Positions 49,023-59,747 of a stretch of DNA of 64,000 nucleotides are shown one piece after another. Source of the stretch: Klebsiella phage KP182; sequence record OM337876.1. One strand, 5' to 3'. The first letter of the stretch is position 1, and every line of letters starts with the position of its first letter. A program made the translations under genes and the position numbers. The notes under the pieces are model-generated. The model saw nothing but the letters and a program-made list of their open reading frames with translations. It did not search any database and was not told the DNA's origin.

Positions 49023-52000
49023 ATGAGCGATTTACTGAAACAACATTTCCGTGCAACGAACGGTTTGGATGCCGGCGGAAATAAAGTTATAAATGTGGCA
49101 CTCGCTGACCGCAACGTTAAAACCGACGGCGTCTCTGTCGAGTACGTTATTCAAGAAAATACTATCCAAAAATATGACCCGACGCGTGGGTATCTCACCG
49201 ATTTTGCTGTGACTTATGGACGTCGTATCTGGATTGCAAATAAAGATATTCCAAAGCCTGCTGGAGATTTTAACCAGGCGAATTGGACTTCTTTACGTGT
49301 TGACCCGAACTGGATTTATACTGTCCGTAAAGGAGAGTTTGAAATTCAATCTGGCCAGTTCATCAACGTTGACTCAAACGCTGCAGGTAATGCTACACTA
49401 CTTCTTCCGTTAGCACCAGACGAAGGCGATACCATTGTAGTTCGTGATATCGGTGGACGCCCTGGATATAACGGAATTCTTATTAAAGCGCAAGATACTG
49501 GTGCATCTATTGTCTTCGGCGAATCACGCTTACGTGAAGTAAGACTTACACGTCCGTATTCACAAATTATGCTTACGTTTAGTAATGGTGCATGGCGTGC
49601 AAGTTTAACCGATTTTGGCGATACTGCTAAAATGGTAGTTCCGAACGGGATTGTTCCAACCCAGGTTCAGTCAGGTGATAACGTAGTTCGTCGTTATACT
49701 TCCAACTCAGAGATTTTTATTACTCTGCCGTTGTTCGCTAATTCAAACGATATCATCAATTTTACTGACCTTGATGGTACATCGCCGATTAACCATATGA
49801 CTGTGCGTACGTTTGACCCAACTATCTCAATTGGGACTCCTGGACAAACGGAAATTCAAGTACGTACTTCAGGTAGTGGATTTTTGGTGTATGACGCTAT
49901 TGACAAAATATGGCGCGTCTTTGAAAATGATTTACGTACACGTGTAAGAATAATTACTTCTGACGTTACTTTAATGCCTAATGAGCATATTTCTGTATTT
50001 GGCGCAGATAATAGTACAGTTAAAACAATTAACATTACTTTACCTGCTGACGTAGCTGTTGGGGATACTGTCAAAATCGCAATGAATTATATGCGTAAAG
50101 GACAGACTGTAGTAATTAAAGCTTCTGATGGTGATACTATCGCTAGCAATTTGAATTTACTGCAATTTCCAAAACGCTCAGAGTATCCACCTGATGCAGC
50201 ATGGGTTCAATCAAGCTCGATTACCTTTAATGGAACTACGTCATATGTTCCTGTTCTTGAGCTTGCATATATTGAAGATAAAGCATCCGGAAAAAGCTAT
50301 TGGATTGTAACTGAATCTGACCCTACTGTAGAACGTGTTGATGCTAAAGACAATACAACCAGAGCCCGATTAGGTGTTATTGCTCTTGCTACACAGGCTC
50401 AAGCTAACGCGGAGTCAAGTCCAGAAAAAGAATTAGCAATTACTCCAGAAACTTTAAACGGACGTCGTTCTACTGAAACTCAGACTGGTATAGCAAGAAT
50501 TGCAACTTCTGGCGAAGTTAATCAGGCAACAACTGCTTCTTACTTGGATAACGTAATCGTTACTCCTAAAAAGCTTAACGAAAGAGCTGCTACTGAAACT
50601 CGTAGAGGTTTAGCTGAAATTGCGTCTAATGCTAAAATGGATGCAGGAACAGACGATTTTACAATTGTTACTCCTAAGAAGTTGCTTTATCGCACTACAT
50701 CGGATTCACGATTAGGTGTTATTCAATTAGTAAAAACTGGTGGTGCTCCTAACACAACTAATGATCGTTCTTCTGCTGGCACCGGTATATTCGATCATTC
50801 TGATTACAAAAATGCAGTTACTCCAAAAACTCTTCGTGAGTATAAAGCTACTGTAAATCAGTCAGGAATAGTTTGGTTAGCAAGTGATAGCGAAGTTAGA
50901 AATGGAACTCCTGCTTCTGCAAATGTTCCTACAGTTGTTACACCGGAAGCTTTACATAAAAAAGTTGCTACTGATGGAGCAATTGGTTTAATCCAAATAG
51001 CTACACAGACAGAAGTTAATGCTGGCGGCGTGACTAATAAAGCAGTTACACCTAAAACATTAAATGACCGTACAGCAACTAACGATCGTACCGGTATTGC
51101 TCGCTTCGCGACACCTGGTGCCCAGGGTGAATTTGAAGCTGGTACTTCGAGTACATTAATGGTAAACCCTAAATTACTGTTCGATAAATTTGCTAATACT
51201 GATCGTATCCAAGTTAATACTAGTTCTGGCTTAACTATTACTGGGAACCTCTGGGACCATTATACCATCAACATACAGGAAGCAAGTACTTCTCAAAGAG
51301 GTACAACTACTCTTGCCACTGCTGCTGAGGTTAGAACCGGCACCGACGCCAAGAAAATAGTTACTGCTGCCACGCTACATGCTAAAACAGCAACCGAAGG
51401 AGCTATCGGTCTTGCTCAGTATGCTACGCAGGCACAAGTTGATGCAGGCACACTAAGTAATAGAATTGTTCCTCCTGCTTATCTGAAACAAACTATTCAG
51501 GTAACAGAGTCATGGCAAGCTACAGACAGCGTTAGAGGGACCGTCAGGCTATCCACAGGCGATGGAACGTGGAAAGGTAATGATACCAATGGCTCAACTC
51601 TTCCGGATAACGGGTATGCCTCTAAGGGCGTCGCAGTGTCTCCGTATGAATTGAACCTCACGTTGAAACATTACTTACCTCGTCTTGGTAAAGCGTATGA
51701 CACCGGAATGCTTGGTGGTCAAACCCCAGACAAATATGCTCGTCGCGATATAGCGCAGACTATTTCAGGAGCCTGGACATTTAGTCAGGATACTGCATTT
51801 AATAATAATGTTTCTATACAGAATGTTTTGTATGCAAATGGTGGCGAAGTAAAAATTTCTCCAACTGCTGACACTGGAAATGCGCATGTTCGTTTTCAAA
51901 ATAGAGATGGAACTGAACGTGGTATAATTTATGCTGAGCCTCAAACAGCTTCAGCAGGAAACTTAAAAGTTCGTGTCAAAAATGGAACAGGAACTACTGC

Positions 52001-52868
52001 TACAAGCCAGACCTACACATTTGGTGGAAACGGTACATTAAACGTTCCTAATGAAGTATCAACTAAAACTTTGAGGTCTTCTGGAAATGCAGTAGTTGGC
52101 GGAACTGTAATGGTTAAGGACGTTCAGATGCTTGCTGTCGAGGGATTGAATTCAATATTCGGTGCCCAATCACAGTCCGCATTTATTCGTTCCCGTGACG
52201 CTGATACACAAATTTTTGCACAGGATTCAACTGGATCATATCCAATTTTAACTACCAAAAACTACGCAAGATTAGCTGACGGCCGTTATGTTAAGAAAGC
52301 TGGTGATACCATGACCGGAAATCTTAACTTAAGCGGTTCTGCTATCGTTATCACAGGTTCTGAATCGTGGTATGTACCAACGAATGAAACTGTAATAAGA
52401 CAAGGTTCTTGGACTGCTGAAATCAAAGACGCTACTAAATTGAAAGGTCTTCGTGGTTATATGGTTCCGATCAGAACACCGATTGACCCTGCTAATCCAA
52501 GCACATTAGTAGTGACTGGGTATGAAGAAAAAACTGCAGCTGGTGGTGTTTTAACTCAGGTTGGTGTAACTACAAACAATACTTATCAACTTTGGACTCC
52601 TTACCCGCCATCAACTGAAACTGCTGATAAGCGTTTTGCGCATACTGTGTGGATGAGGATTTATAATCCAAACCTTAATAAGTTTGATGATTGGATGCGA
52701 GTGTTCACGTCTGCTACTCCTCCAACTGCAGCTGATATCGGAGCTCCAAGCTCAGTATCAACTCAGGTTAAAACCCTCGAAGTTTTGGAATGGATTAAAC
52801 TTGGCCCAGTTAAAATCTGGCCAGATCGTCCAAACCAAACTCTCAAATTTGAATGGGTAGGTGATTAA
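49023..52868 (+). CDS. 34: Long tail fibre proximal subunit gp34
   Basis: 1281 aa from the ATG with the AGGAGA RBS. The track's TTG start adds 25 codons. Matches the T4 gp34 N-terminus (..GLDAGG.K.INVALADR.V.TDGV.V.Y.IQENT.Q.YDPTRGYL). Has the tandem T-P-K/E-x-L-N-x-R-x-T-E-x-x-G-I-A repeats. Confidence 0.93.
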   Translation: MSDLLKQHFRATNGLDAGGNKVINVALADRNVKTDGVSVEYVIQENTIQKYDPTRGYLTDFAVTYGRRIWIANKDIPKPAGDFNQANWTSLRVDPNWIYTVRKGEFEIQSGQFINVDSNAAGNATLLLPLAPDEGDTIVVRDIGGRPGYNGILIKAQDTGASIVFGESRLREVRLTRPYSQIMLTFSNGAWRASLTDFGDTAKMVVPNGIVPTQVQSGDNVVRRYTSNSEIFITLPLFANSNDIINFTDLDGTSPINHMTVRTFDPTISIGTPGQTEIQVRTSGSGFLVYDAIDKIWRVFENDLRTRVRIITSDVTLMPNEHISVFGADNSTVKTINITLPADVAVGDTVKIAMNYMRKGQTVVIKASDGDTIASNLNLLQFPKRSEYPPDAAWVQSSSITFNGTTSYVPVLELAYIEDKASGKSYWIVTESDPTVERVDAKDNTTRARLGVIALATQAQANAESSPEKELAITPETLNGRRSTETQTGIARIATSGEVNQATTASYLDNVIVTPKKLNERAATETRRGLAEIASNAKMDAGTDDFTIVTPKKLLYRTTSDSRLGVIQLVKTGGAPNTTNDRSSAGTGIFDHSDYKNAVTPKTLREYKATVNQSGIVWLASDSEVRNGTPASANVPTVVTPEALHKKVATDGAIGLIQIATQTEVNAGGVTNKAVTPKTLNDRTATNDRTGIARFATPGAQGEFEAGTSSTLMVNPKLLFDKFANTDRIQVNTSSGLTITGNLWDHYTINIQEASTSQRGTTTLATAAEVRTGTDAKKIVTAATLHAKTATEGAIGLAQYATQAQVDAGTLSNRIVPPAYLKQTIQVTESWQATDSVRGTVRLSTGDGTWKGNDTNGSTLPDNGYASKGVAVSPYELNLTLKHYLPRLGKAYDTGMLGGQTPDKYARRDIAQTISGAWTFSQDTAFNNNVSIQNVLYANGGEVKISPTADTGNAHVRFQNRDGTERGIIYAEPQTASAGNLKVRVKNGTGTTATSQTYTFGGNGTLNVPNEVSTKTLRSSGNAVVGGTVMVKDVQMLAVEGLNSIFGAQSQSAFIRSRDADTQIFAQDSTGSYPILTTKNYARLADGRYVKKAGDTMTGNLNLSGSAIVITGSESWYVPTNETVIRQGSWTAEIKDATKLKGLRGYMVPIRTPIDPANPSTLVVTGYEEKTAAGGVLTQVGVTTNNTYQLWTPYPPSTETADKRFAHTVWMRIYNPNLNKFDDWMRVFTSATPPTAADIGAPSSVSTQVKTLEVLEWIKLGPVKIWPDRPNQTLKFEWVGD

Positions 52869-54004
52869 TGGCTGATCCAATTTTAATGGCAGCCTTTGGT
52901 GAGGATTTCGTGGAAACACGAATCCTCTCTGAGGCAAATTCTGTGAAGTATTGGCTAAAAGCTTATGCTACACATTCTAATGCTGTTCCGAACAAGCCAG
53001 AATTGAATATTAACGGTGCTTTTGATATGACCTCCTCCTTACGGAGGGGGATTAATGTTGTTCAAGTTAATGGTGACAGATTTATTAATTTTAAAACATT
53101 TGACGTTACCACTGATGATAACAACACTAATAACAAAGCATTTATAGAATATGCAAACGGATTAAGTTCAGGATTGTATGTTATAATGACCCATGAACGA
53201 TTTCAATCCAGTCCGTTAATAGACAGATGGTTTAAAAATAAGTGGTCTGCTTCTTGGCCAGGTTCTGATTTTTCTAAATCATTTCCAAATTCTGCCTATG
53301 TAGGAGTGCTCGGAGCAGCAAAAGGACGTATATTAATTGAATCATTCTATGGCAATGATGGAAAGGTTAAAGAAGATTCCAGGGCTAAAGTAGATACGGT
53401 ATATGATAATGTGGGCGATGTAGGATATACTGGATGTCCTTATCGTTCTATTGAAGATACCAATGAATACTCGGATTCCACTGGATATGAATATAAACGA
53501 TATCCAGTACAAAATGAAGCTATAAGCAAAATAGCTGATTATGGATTATCTCCTGGGGATTCAGTATTTTTAGTATGTGATATGTATGCATCTAAAAGCC
53601 TTCTTGATGCTGGTTCTACTACTAGAGCTAGCCTGCGATGGTTCAAGGGTACATCTTTATTATCTTCAAACGTATCATTAGAAATTCCAAAAAATGGAGC
53701 TGATAGATGGTTAAGATTTGAAAGATTTACTGCTGTTCCCACGGATGCTGATGGATTTACTATTGTGGTATCAAGATATCCAAAAACGTCTGTAGTTGGT
53801 GACTCTAAAATTAAAAATCTTGTATTTGTTCAAACTTCTCATGGCGAACAATTGAATAGCGTTATTCAGGAGTTTGGTGTGAATGGTATAAGAATGAATA
53901 AAGGTGTTGAAGGAGGAACCACAGTGATTATGGAACTTCCAAATTCAAAAGTCGATCCGAGCGGTGTTATTCCAGTTCAATCGTTCAGAGAAACATCAGA
54001 CTAA
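52868..54004 (+). CDS. 35: Long tail fibre hinge protein gp35
   Basis: 378 aa against 372 aa in T4. ATGA coupling to gene 34. Confidence 0.85.
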   Translation: MADPILMAAFGEDFVETRILSEANSVKYWLKAYATHSNAVPNKPELNINGAFDMTSSLRRGINVVQVNGDRFINFKTFDVTTDDNNTNNKAFIEYANGLSSGLYVIMTHERFQSSPLIDRWFKNKWSASWPGSDFSKSFPNSAYVGVLGAAKGRILIESFYGNDGKVKEDSRAKVDTVYDNVGDVGYTGCPYRSIEDTNEYSDSTGYEYKRYPVQNEAISKIADYGLSPGDSVFLVCDMYASKSLLDAGSTTRASLRWFKGTSLLSSNVSLEIPKNGADRWLRFERFTAVPTDADGFTIVVSRYPKTSVVGDSKIKNLVFVQTSHGEQLNSVIQEFGVNGIRMNKGVEGGTTVIMELPNSKVDPSGVIPVQSFRETSD

Positions 54005-54022
54005 GGAAGCCTTCGGGCTTCC
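54005..54022 (+). terminator. Hairpin after gene 35
   Basis: ggaagcc-ttcg-ggcttcc, then a T-run. Confidence 0.7.
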
Positions 54023-54030
54023 TTTTTTCG

Positions 54031-54038
54031 TATAAATA
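54031..54038 (+). promoter_or_regulatory. Late promoter for genes 36 and 37
   Basis: TATAAATA 24 nt upstream of the gene 36 ATG. A GAGGA RBS is present. Confidence 0.65.
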
Positions 54039-54061
54039 GAAAATATATAAGAGGATAAACT

Positions 54062-54712
54062 ATGGCCGATTTAAAAGCAGGTTCAACAGTTGGCGGAAAT
54101 CCTATTTGGCACGCGGGTACTTTTCCTCTTGTGCCGGCAGGAAACTCCCTAACTTATAGAGGTAAGAAGGTTTATACTGAAATAGATAAACCACAAGCCG
54201 CAGATAACGACTTCGTGTCAAAATCCCGCGGCGGTACATATGCGGGTGAGTTAAAAATAGTTTACGGCTCTTCTGGTAAACTGAGCATGGGTCCGTTAGC
54301 AAACGTTGGCATTAGAGCTGGTGGCAGTAATGGTGAAGTTCTTATTATCGGAGGAAATTCATCAATCCAATTGCGTGGCGGCGGAACAGAAGATTCCAGC
54401 GGCATAATTGAAATTGCCAAAAACGGTAACTTAACTGCGCAAACGGGTAGAATTACCGCTAACGTATTTACTTCTAAACAACAACCATCTGGCGTAGACG
54501 ATTTAACTCGTAAAGATTATGTTGATGGGCTAATAAATACTGTTAGCAACGTAGCTAACGCAGCAGTCAAGAAAGCTGGTGATACAATGACCGGTGTACT
54601 TAGAGCTAACGCTGGCGTAGTTATAGTAAACAAAGCAACATCCGGTGAATACGCTCCTAGATTAGATCAGGTTATTTCACGCGGGGTAACAATAGATTTT
54701 GGCACATACTAA
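54062..54712 (+). CDS. 36: Long tail fibre distal connector gp36
   Basis: 216 aa against 221 aa in T4. Contains the KKAGDTMTG motif shared with gp34 and gp37. Confidence 0.88.
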   Translation: MADLKAGSTVGGNPIWHAGTFPLVPAGNSLTYRGKKVYTEIDKPQAADNDFVSKSRGGTYAGELKIVYGSSGKLSMGPLANVGIRAGGSNGEVLIIGGNSSIQLRGGGTEDSSGIIEIAKNGNLTAQTGRITANVFTSKQQPSGVDDLTRKDYVDGLINTVSNVANAAVKKAGDTMTGVLRANAGVVIVNKATSGEYAPRLDQVISRGVTIDFGTY

Positions 54713-54721
54713 GAGGTAGCC

Positions 54722-57700
54722 ATGGCCGATCAAAACTTAAAACAAATACAATTTAAAAGAACTAGCACAGAGAATAAAGCACCAGGTGCAGATATCGTAG
54801 CCCGTGGCGAAATTGTGTTAAATACGCATGGACGTACTCTCGCTATCTACACCAAAGATGAAGATGATAATGTTGTTCAGCTTGCCGGTAAAGGTGTTCC
54901 TTTCTTAGATACTTCCGGCACTCTTACCGTTAATGGAATTACTACATTAAAAGACAACGTTACTATTTCTCCGAATAAAGCTATCAATTTTGAAGCCACT
55001 GATTTAAGCGGAGCAATAGTGCGTCATATCGTCGGCAAATGCGCTACTAACGATGGCTGGTACATCGGCGCCGGTGGTACAAGCAATAGCGGTATTCTTG
55101 AAATCGGTACTATTGACGATGGTGCTGAAACCATCCAATTTGTGCAACGTGGCGCAGGTAATGTTGAAGCCCGAAAATTAGTCTTGCTTGATGGTTCAGG
55201 TAATACTACTCTTCCAGGTGATTTAAGATTATCCACTAATAAAACTGTTAAAATTAACAGTGGAAGCACTCTTGTTCTTGAAATGGGTGTAGGCTCTAAC
55301 GACGTCTATATTAAAAACCAACGAGGTGTAGGTGTTCTTCAATTAACCAATGACAGTAATCTGACATTCAGAAATTCACAGGTTTATTACGCCATGAACG
55401 GAAGAGGTCCTGGTAAATCTGGTACTCTTCTGACGAATGTAGAAAATAATCGCCAGGCGTGGCAATACCCAATTTCAGCTGCAACTGCTGGAACTCCACG
55501 TTGGGTTAAAGTAGCTACAATTAAACACCCAGGAGATGCATCTTCACAGTTAGATTTAATGATTAGCGGTGGTATTGATTCTGGGCAGGGTAAGCATTAT
55601 GTTGATTTTATTACATTATCTGGTCGCAATTTAACATCTTGGAGCACTAGCAATTTAGATAACTGGGTTGAATGGCGTCGTCTTGGCTCTCCTGATAAAG
55701 GAAAGGTTCCAGAGTATTATGTTGTTAAAAATGATGCTGCTACTGATGCAGATGCTTCATTTGATTTTTATGCTAAGCTTCCTCGATACGGAAATGGACT
55801 TTATGTTACAGTGCTAAACACTGCCGGATACAACGGTCAAGATAGCGGTAAAGTAATTATCTATGAAACCAACCAAGATACTGGTGCTACTGGACCGTCT
55901 GGAAGTATTCTTGTTTCAATGAAACAGATTTTTGACAGTTCAGCAAAACCAGATTTCGGCGATACTACGGGTACTCTTCCGGTTAACCGTGGTGGTACAG
56001 GTGCTACTAACGTAGGAGCCGCTCGAAATAACTTAGGTCTTAGAACTGCGGCTGTTCGCGATGTTGGTGAATCTAGCGGAAACGTGATGGAAGTTGGTGC
56101 CTTTGGTATTGGCGGTAAAGGAAAATCACTGGTAGATATTACTTCTGACGTTGATTTAATGACTCGCCTTAAGGCTCTTGGTGGTACAGTGTTCAGAGCC
56201 AACACAGCGAGTGGTTATACCGGGGCTCCTTATTACTCCCATGGCACCGGGTTTTACGGAAGAGCTTCTGACACAATGGCTGCACTTAATATAGATTATG
56301 CAACTGGTAACGTCAGAGTATTTGCTATAAACGATAGTGGTTTAGCAAGTGGAAGAGTAAATTCTAATGTTCTCTACGGCACAGCAAATAAGCCATCTAA
56401 GGCTGATGTCGGACTTGGTAATCTGACAAACGATACTCAAGTTAAGAAAGCCGGCGATACCATGACTGGTGATTTAACTGTTCCTAATTTACATGCTTCC
56501 GGCACTGGTACTGCATCGGTATATGTTAACGCAGGAAGCGGAAACGCTCATGTATGGTTTAGAACAAACGGTAACGAACGTGGTGTAATTTGGGCAACTC
56601 CGAATACTGCTGACTTAGGTCAGATTAATATTCGTGCAAAAACTACTGGAGGCACTTCTGCTGGTGATTTTAGCTTCCGTTCTGATGGGCGCCTTGATGT
56701 TCCTGTAGCAGTTAAAGTTGGTGGAGCAGCAATGCTAACCAAAGACGGAAACATTACCTCAGGTTCAATGTTTGGCGGTAACCTTAACAACTATTTGAAT
56801 ACCATTAAAAACGACATCGTTGCTGGCGATAATAAGCAAGTAAGTAAGACTGGTGACACCATGACCGGTAACTTGACTATTAACGCTAACTTAAAAGTCG
56901 AAAACCCTAATGGATCAATGGTTGATTTAGGTTCAGAGAACTCAGATAAGTATAGCAGATTGACACTTGCACGTAAAGTTGGCTCTGGCGCTGCCGTAGC
57001 AATGCTTAAAATTACTCCTGAAGGATACGTGCAATTTGGTTATCAAACTGCAGTTTCTACTCCGTCTCCCAGCAAGTACATCCGGGTTAAACCTGACGGT
57101 CTTGATGTAGAAGGTGATTTGGTGTTTAATCAGACCTATCGCGGCACTGAAGAGGCAGTTGATATTTCTGATAAGACCATTGACCTTAATAATCTTGTCA
57201 TTAAAAGAACCGATCCAGGTACTCGTCAGCTGTATAAATGTGTATCATCTGGTGGCGGTTCTAAGATAGCAAACAAACCTACCTCTGATGGCAACTTTGT
57301 TCTTGAAGTTCTGTCTTTACGCAAGGTTTCTGATACCGATTGGTCATGTAAGCAGACCTTTACTACAAAGAATAACACCACTGTTGGCACATATGTTCGC
57401 TATGCCCAAAACGGCTCATGGTCTGCATGGAAAGAGGTTGTTGCTGGTGTTCAACCAATCAATTTAGGCGGTACTGGAGCAACATCTGTAGCTGCTGCTC
57501 GTAATAACCTCGGTGTTGGTGAAGGACAAACAGTATCATTCGGTAATTTAGTTACCAACGACTTAACTGCAAACGGAAACGCTAGATTGGTTGGAAGACT
57601 TAACCTTGGTTCTACTTCTGCGACTGGCGTATTACGAGCTAATGAAACTGGCGCTGTTGTCTTGGGTTCTGCTAGTGGTCAAAACATCCACGTTAGAGCA

Positions 57701-59143
57701 GGAAGCCCCGATACTTCTACTGGTGAAACCCGCTTTGAGCCAAACGGAAATGTTGTGGTTGGTGGTGCTATTACGGCTTCCGGAAGCCTGCAAGTAAATG
57801 GCGAAGCCGCGATGAGCAGAAGCTTGATCGTTTCTCAAAACATAAAGAATACTAACGATAACAGTTTTATTCTGATGGGAAAAGATTCGGATTTAGGTTT
57901 CGTTAAAAAATCTAAATCAGGCGCTAAACTGGTATTTGCTTCAGGAAAATCGTTTACTGTCGCTAAATCGTCAGCAACTACCATAGCTAACCCAGCGACG
58001 GAAACTTATACTGATGTGTTTAAAATTGATGCTGATGGAAACCAAACCGTTTACGGAAATGCCCAAGTTAACAGACAATTAACTGTTTCTAGTTCAGCAA
58101 CTGTTAACGGTATTATTAATGCAAACGGCGGTATTATTGTTCCTACTACCAAGTATGTGCAAATTGCCGATGCTCCTACGCAGAATAACCAAGCCACCAA
58201 CAAGAAATATGTTGATGACAAGGTTGCTTCTGCTATTAGTAATGCTGGCGATACTTATCTTCCATTAGCGGGTGGTACTGTAACTGGTAGCTTAGATGTT
58301 ACAGGAACTCGACTCAAAACGTGGCGCTTAGAAGTAGATGGTGGCGGAACTGTACTTGGCGGAACTATTGATGTTGCCGGTAAGGCAGTGTTTTCTAAAG
58401 ATATTTTAGTTGAAAAGCAATTAGATGTTCGAGGTGCTGGAGCTTGTCACTTACGCTTTAGTAAAGCTGATGGTTCTGAAAAAGGACTAATTTATGCTGA
58501 CGATGATAAAAATGTTAGTATTAGAAGTGGCGGCGACAACGGTCCGTCATGGAATTTCTGGTCTAGCGGTTCTTGCCAATTCCCAGGAGCCATTTCTAAC
58601 TATAACGGAATTAGCAGCACTACTAATTATCCTGCAGGACAACCAATTGGCACATATAACAATACCTCAGGATTAGTAACTAGATTTAGTAATGGTGCTT
58701 ATGCTTCATTATATTTCCAAGAGTATGTAGGAAATTATCACCAAGCTATTCTTAATGTTAATGGATTTGGTCGAGATGACAATTTCTATTTCAGAGCTGG
58801 AGGTGACTTCTTCTGTACTCGTAATGGTTCATTTGATAACGTTGAGATTCGTTCTGACCGTAGAGCCAAATCGGATATCAAAGTTATTGAAAATGCTTTG
58901 GAAAAAGTAGAAAAACTAACCGGTAATACTTATGAGCTTCACAACACATCCGGTGGTACTACTCGTTCTGCGGGTTTAATCGCGCAGGAAGTTCAAGAAG
59001 TTCTTCCGGAAGCAGTTACTCAGGATATTGAAGCAGACGGGGGTTTATTGCGTCTGAATTACAACTCAGTAATTGCACTTCTCGTTGAATCTGTTAAAGA
59101 GCTTTCTGCTGAGGTTAAAGAGCTTAAATCTCAACTGAAATAA
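54722..59143 (+). CDS. 37: Long tail fibre distal subunit gp37 with a C-terminal intramolecular-chaperone (peptidase S74) domain
   Basis: 1473 aa. N-terminus conserved with T-even gp37. KAGDTMTG repeats. The last ~100 aa (S-D-R-R-A-K-S-D-I-K-V-I-E-N-A-L-E-K-V-E-K-L-T-G...LRLNYNSVIALLVESVKEL) match the autoproteolytic IMC consensus. Confidence 0.9.
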   Translation: MADQNLKQIQFKRTSTENKAPGADIVARGEIVLNTHGRTLAIYTKDEDDNVVQLAGKGVPFLDTSGTLTVNGITTLKDNVTISPNKAINFEATDLSGAIVRHIVGKCATNDGWYIGAGGTSNSGILEIGTIDDGAETIQFVQRGAGNVEARKLVLLDGSGNTTLPGDLRLSTNKTVKINSGSTLVLEMGVGSNDVYIKNQRGVGVLQLTNDSNLTFRNSQVYYAMNGRGPGKSGTLLTNVENNRQAWQYPISAATAGTPRWVKVATIKHPGDASSQLDLMISGGIDSGQGKHYVDFITLSGRNLTSWSTSNLDNWVEWRRLGSPDKGKVPEYYVVKNDAATDADASFDFYAKLPRYGNGLYVTVLNTAGYNGQDSGKVIIYETNQDTGATGPSGSILVSMKQIFDSSAKPDFGDTTGTLPVNRGGTGATNVGAARNNLGLRTAAVRDVGESSGNVMEVGAFGIGGKGKSLVDITSDVDLMTRLKALGGTVFRANTASGYTGAPYYSHGTGFYGRASDTMAALNIDYATGNVRVFAINDSGLASGRVNSNVLYGTANKPSKADVGLGNLTNDTQVKKAGDTMTGDLTVPNLHASGTGTASVYVNAGSGNAHVWFRTNGNERGVIWATPNTADLGQINIRAKTTGGTSAGDFSFRSDGRLDVPVAVKVGGAAMLTKDGNITSGSMFGGNLNNYLNTIKNDIVAGDNKQVSKTGDTMTGNLTINANLKVENPNGSMVDLGSENSDKYSRLTLARKVGSGAAVAMLKITPEGYVQFGYQTAVSTPSPSKYIRVKPDGLDVEGDLVFNQTYRGTEEAVDISDKTIDLNNLVIKRTDPGTRQLYKCVSSGGGSKIANKPTSDGNFVLEVLSLRKVSDTDWSCKQTFTTKNNTTVGTYVRYAQNGSWSAWKEVVAGVQPINLGGTGATSVAAARNNLGVGEGQTVSFGNLVTNDLTANGNARLVGRLNLGSTSATGVLRANETGAVVLGSASGQNIHVRAGSPDTSTGETRFEPNGNVVVGGAITASGSLQVNGEAAMSRSLIVSQNIKNTNDNSFILMGKDSDLGFVKKSKSGAKLVFASGKSFTVAKSSATTIANPATETYTDVFKIDADGNQTVYGNAQVNRQLTVSSSATVNGIINANGGIIVPTTKYVQIADAPTQNNQATNKKYVDDKVASAISNAGDTYLPLAGGTVTGSLDVTGTRLKTWRLEVDGGGTVLGGTIDVAGKAVFSKDILVEKQLDVRGAGACHLRFSKADGSEKGLIYADDDKNVSIRSGGDNGPSWNFWSSGSCQFPGAISNYNGISSTTNYPAGQPIGTYNNTSGLVTRFSNGAYASLYFQEYVGNYHQAILNVNGFGRDDNFYFRAGGDFFCTRNGSFDNVEIRSDRRAKSDIKVIENALEKVEKLTGNTYELHNTSGGTTRSAGLIAQEVQEVLPEAVTQDIEADGGLLRLNYNSVIALLVESVKELSAEVKELKSQLK

Positions 59144-59147
59144 TGTA

Positions 59148-59165
59148 AGGGGCTTCGGCCCCTTT
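59148..59165 (+). terminator. Hairpin between 37 and 38
   Basis: aggggc-ttcg-gcccct. Confidence 0.6.
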
Positions 59166-59178
59166 AGGAGAAATAATT

Positions 59179-59706
59179 ATGGCAGTAACAGGACCATGGG
59201 TAGGAAGTTCGGCAAAGGCCGTTACCGGTGAAACTTGGATGGCCCAGGCTGGAGCTAAATTAAGGTTAGGAACACCATTTTGGATGTCCAACATGATAGG
59301 AAGAAACGTTTGGAATGCTAGTATAACTATTTCAGGTAATAACCCCGCTACTGGTGCTAGAGTGCGTGGTGCTTGGAAAACTAAAAACAGCACTGCATGG
59401 AACGTATTATTAGATGGGCGCGGGTCTTTATCAGGAATTTGGGAAACTGGGTTTAATTTGGTTGTCTTTGGATTAGCAGAGCCTAGTAGATGGGATGGAT
59501 ATAATGATGCCCTTGTTCTAGAAGGCAGTGGAAACTTTAACGTTAACTGGAGAGTTGATACCGAAGACGGTAGACAATGGCATTTTGTTAGTTCTAGGGA
59601 TTATATGGGCCGCCGTTGTTATAACTGTACTGACAATAATGGATTTTGGGATTGGCTTTATGGTAATGATGGGCGAACTTTCCAATTGTCATTTACAGCA
59701 TATTAA
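59179..59706 (+). CDS. 38: gp38, a T2/S16-type tail-fibre tip adhesin in a short variant
   Basis: 175 aa. The N-terminus MAVTGPWVGSSAKAVTGETWMAQAGAKLRLGTPFWMS matches the gp37-attachment domain of T2-type gp38. It is not T4-type gp38. Confidence 0.75.
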   Translation: MAVTGPWVGSSAKAVTGETWMAQAGAKLRLGTPFWMSNMIGRNVWNASITISGNNPATGARVRGAWKTKNSTAWNVLLDGRGSLSGIWETGFNLVVFGLAEPSRWDGYNDALVLEGSGNFNVNWRVDTEDGRQWHFVSSRDYMGRRCYNCTDNNGFWDWLYGNDGRTFQLSFTAY

Positions 59707-59747
59707 GCATATGTTAGAGCAATAAATAGCTCTGTAAGGAGAGCAAT

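Noticed and set aside
53033-53052. cctcc-ttac-ggagg hairpin inside gene 35
   Set aside because: It is a short stem within coding sequence with no associated signal. It is probably incidental.
59700-59747. Possible late promoter for holin t (AATAAATA)
   Set aside because: It is one mismatch from the strict TATAAATA consensus and is not confident enough to list as a feature.
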